NCBI GenBank assembly: GCA_052390515.1
Contig: JBQTGV010000082.1
Span: forward strand, 1-15,531
Source of the DNA: Candidatus Eiseniibacteriota bacterium
GTDB lineage: Bacteria > ARS69
Reading direction: 5' to 3'
DNA: 15,531 nucleotides
The position numbers were made by a program, and so were the translations under genes. Each line of letters begins with the position of its first letter. Positions within the stretch are counted from its first letter, which is position 1. The notes below the pieces were generated by a model. It saw nothing but the letters and a program-made list of their open reading frames with translations. It did not search any database and was not told the DNA's origin. Shown here in pieces: positions 15,415-15,531 of this stretch.

Positions 15415-15531
15415 CCCGTCCGTCTCCGCGTCGGCTCGCCGAATGCGAGGTTCCTTGGTCGATCCTGACAAGTCGTTGGGGTCCAAAGGTTTGACTGATG
15501 GTTGGCGGTCAAGGCACCAACTCCGCTCTCC

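Noticed and set aside
15500..15520. Possible sigma54 promoter (TTGGC…GC) or tRNA fragment at the window end
   Set aside because: The GG-to-GC spacing does not fit -24/-12 (N10), and no cloverleaf or T-loop (GTTCRA) is present.

Overview
This is a very GC-rich (by eye >70%) bacterial chromosomal segment with eleven real genes, all on the + strand. The many overlapping and antisense ORFs in the track are high-GC shadow frames. In order the genes encode: a 5'-truncated FAD/NAD(P)-dependent oxidoreductase; a single-domain sugar-phosphate nucleotidyltransferase; a 1105-aa protein with 14 FG-GAP repeats (two 7-bladed propellers) and a C-terminal FlgD-Ig/T9SS-CTD-like domain; hutU and hutI (histidine utilisation, without hutH/hutG here); a TPR-Pro-rich linker-TPR protein; an ECF S-component translationally coupled to a divergent TonB-dependent-receptor-like outer-membrane protein; cvpA; phosphomannomutase; and mannose-1-phosphate guanylyltransferase. 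The CTD type and gene content suggest a diderm of the FCB/Gemmatimonadota-related candidate phyla (inference only). I see no mobile element, CRISPR array, tRNA or rRNA. Most of the window is housekeeping. The best candidate for an under-described system is the self-contained two-gene unit at 9804-12276: own sigma70-type promoter, a CbrT-like S-component with no ECF A/T genes alongside, a degenerate-plug TBDR carrying a D-S-(A/T) repeat tract, and no room for a riboswitch.
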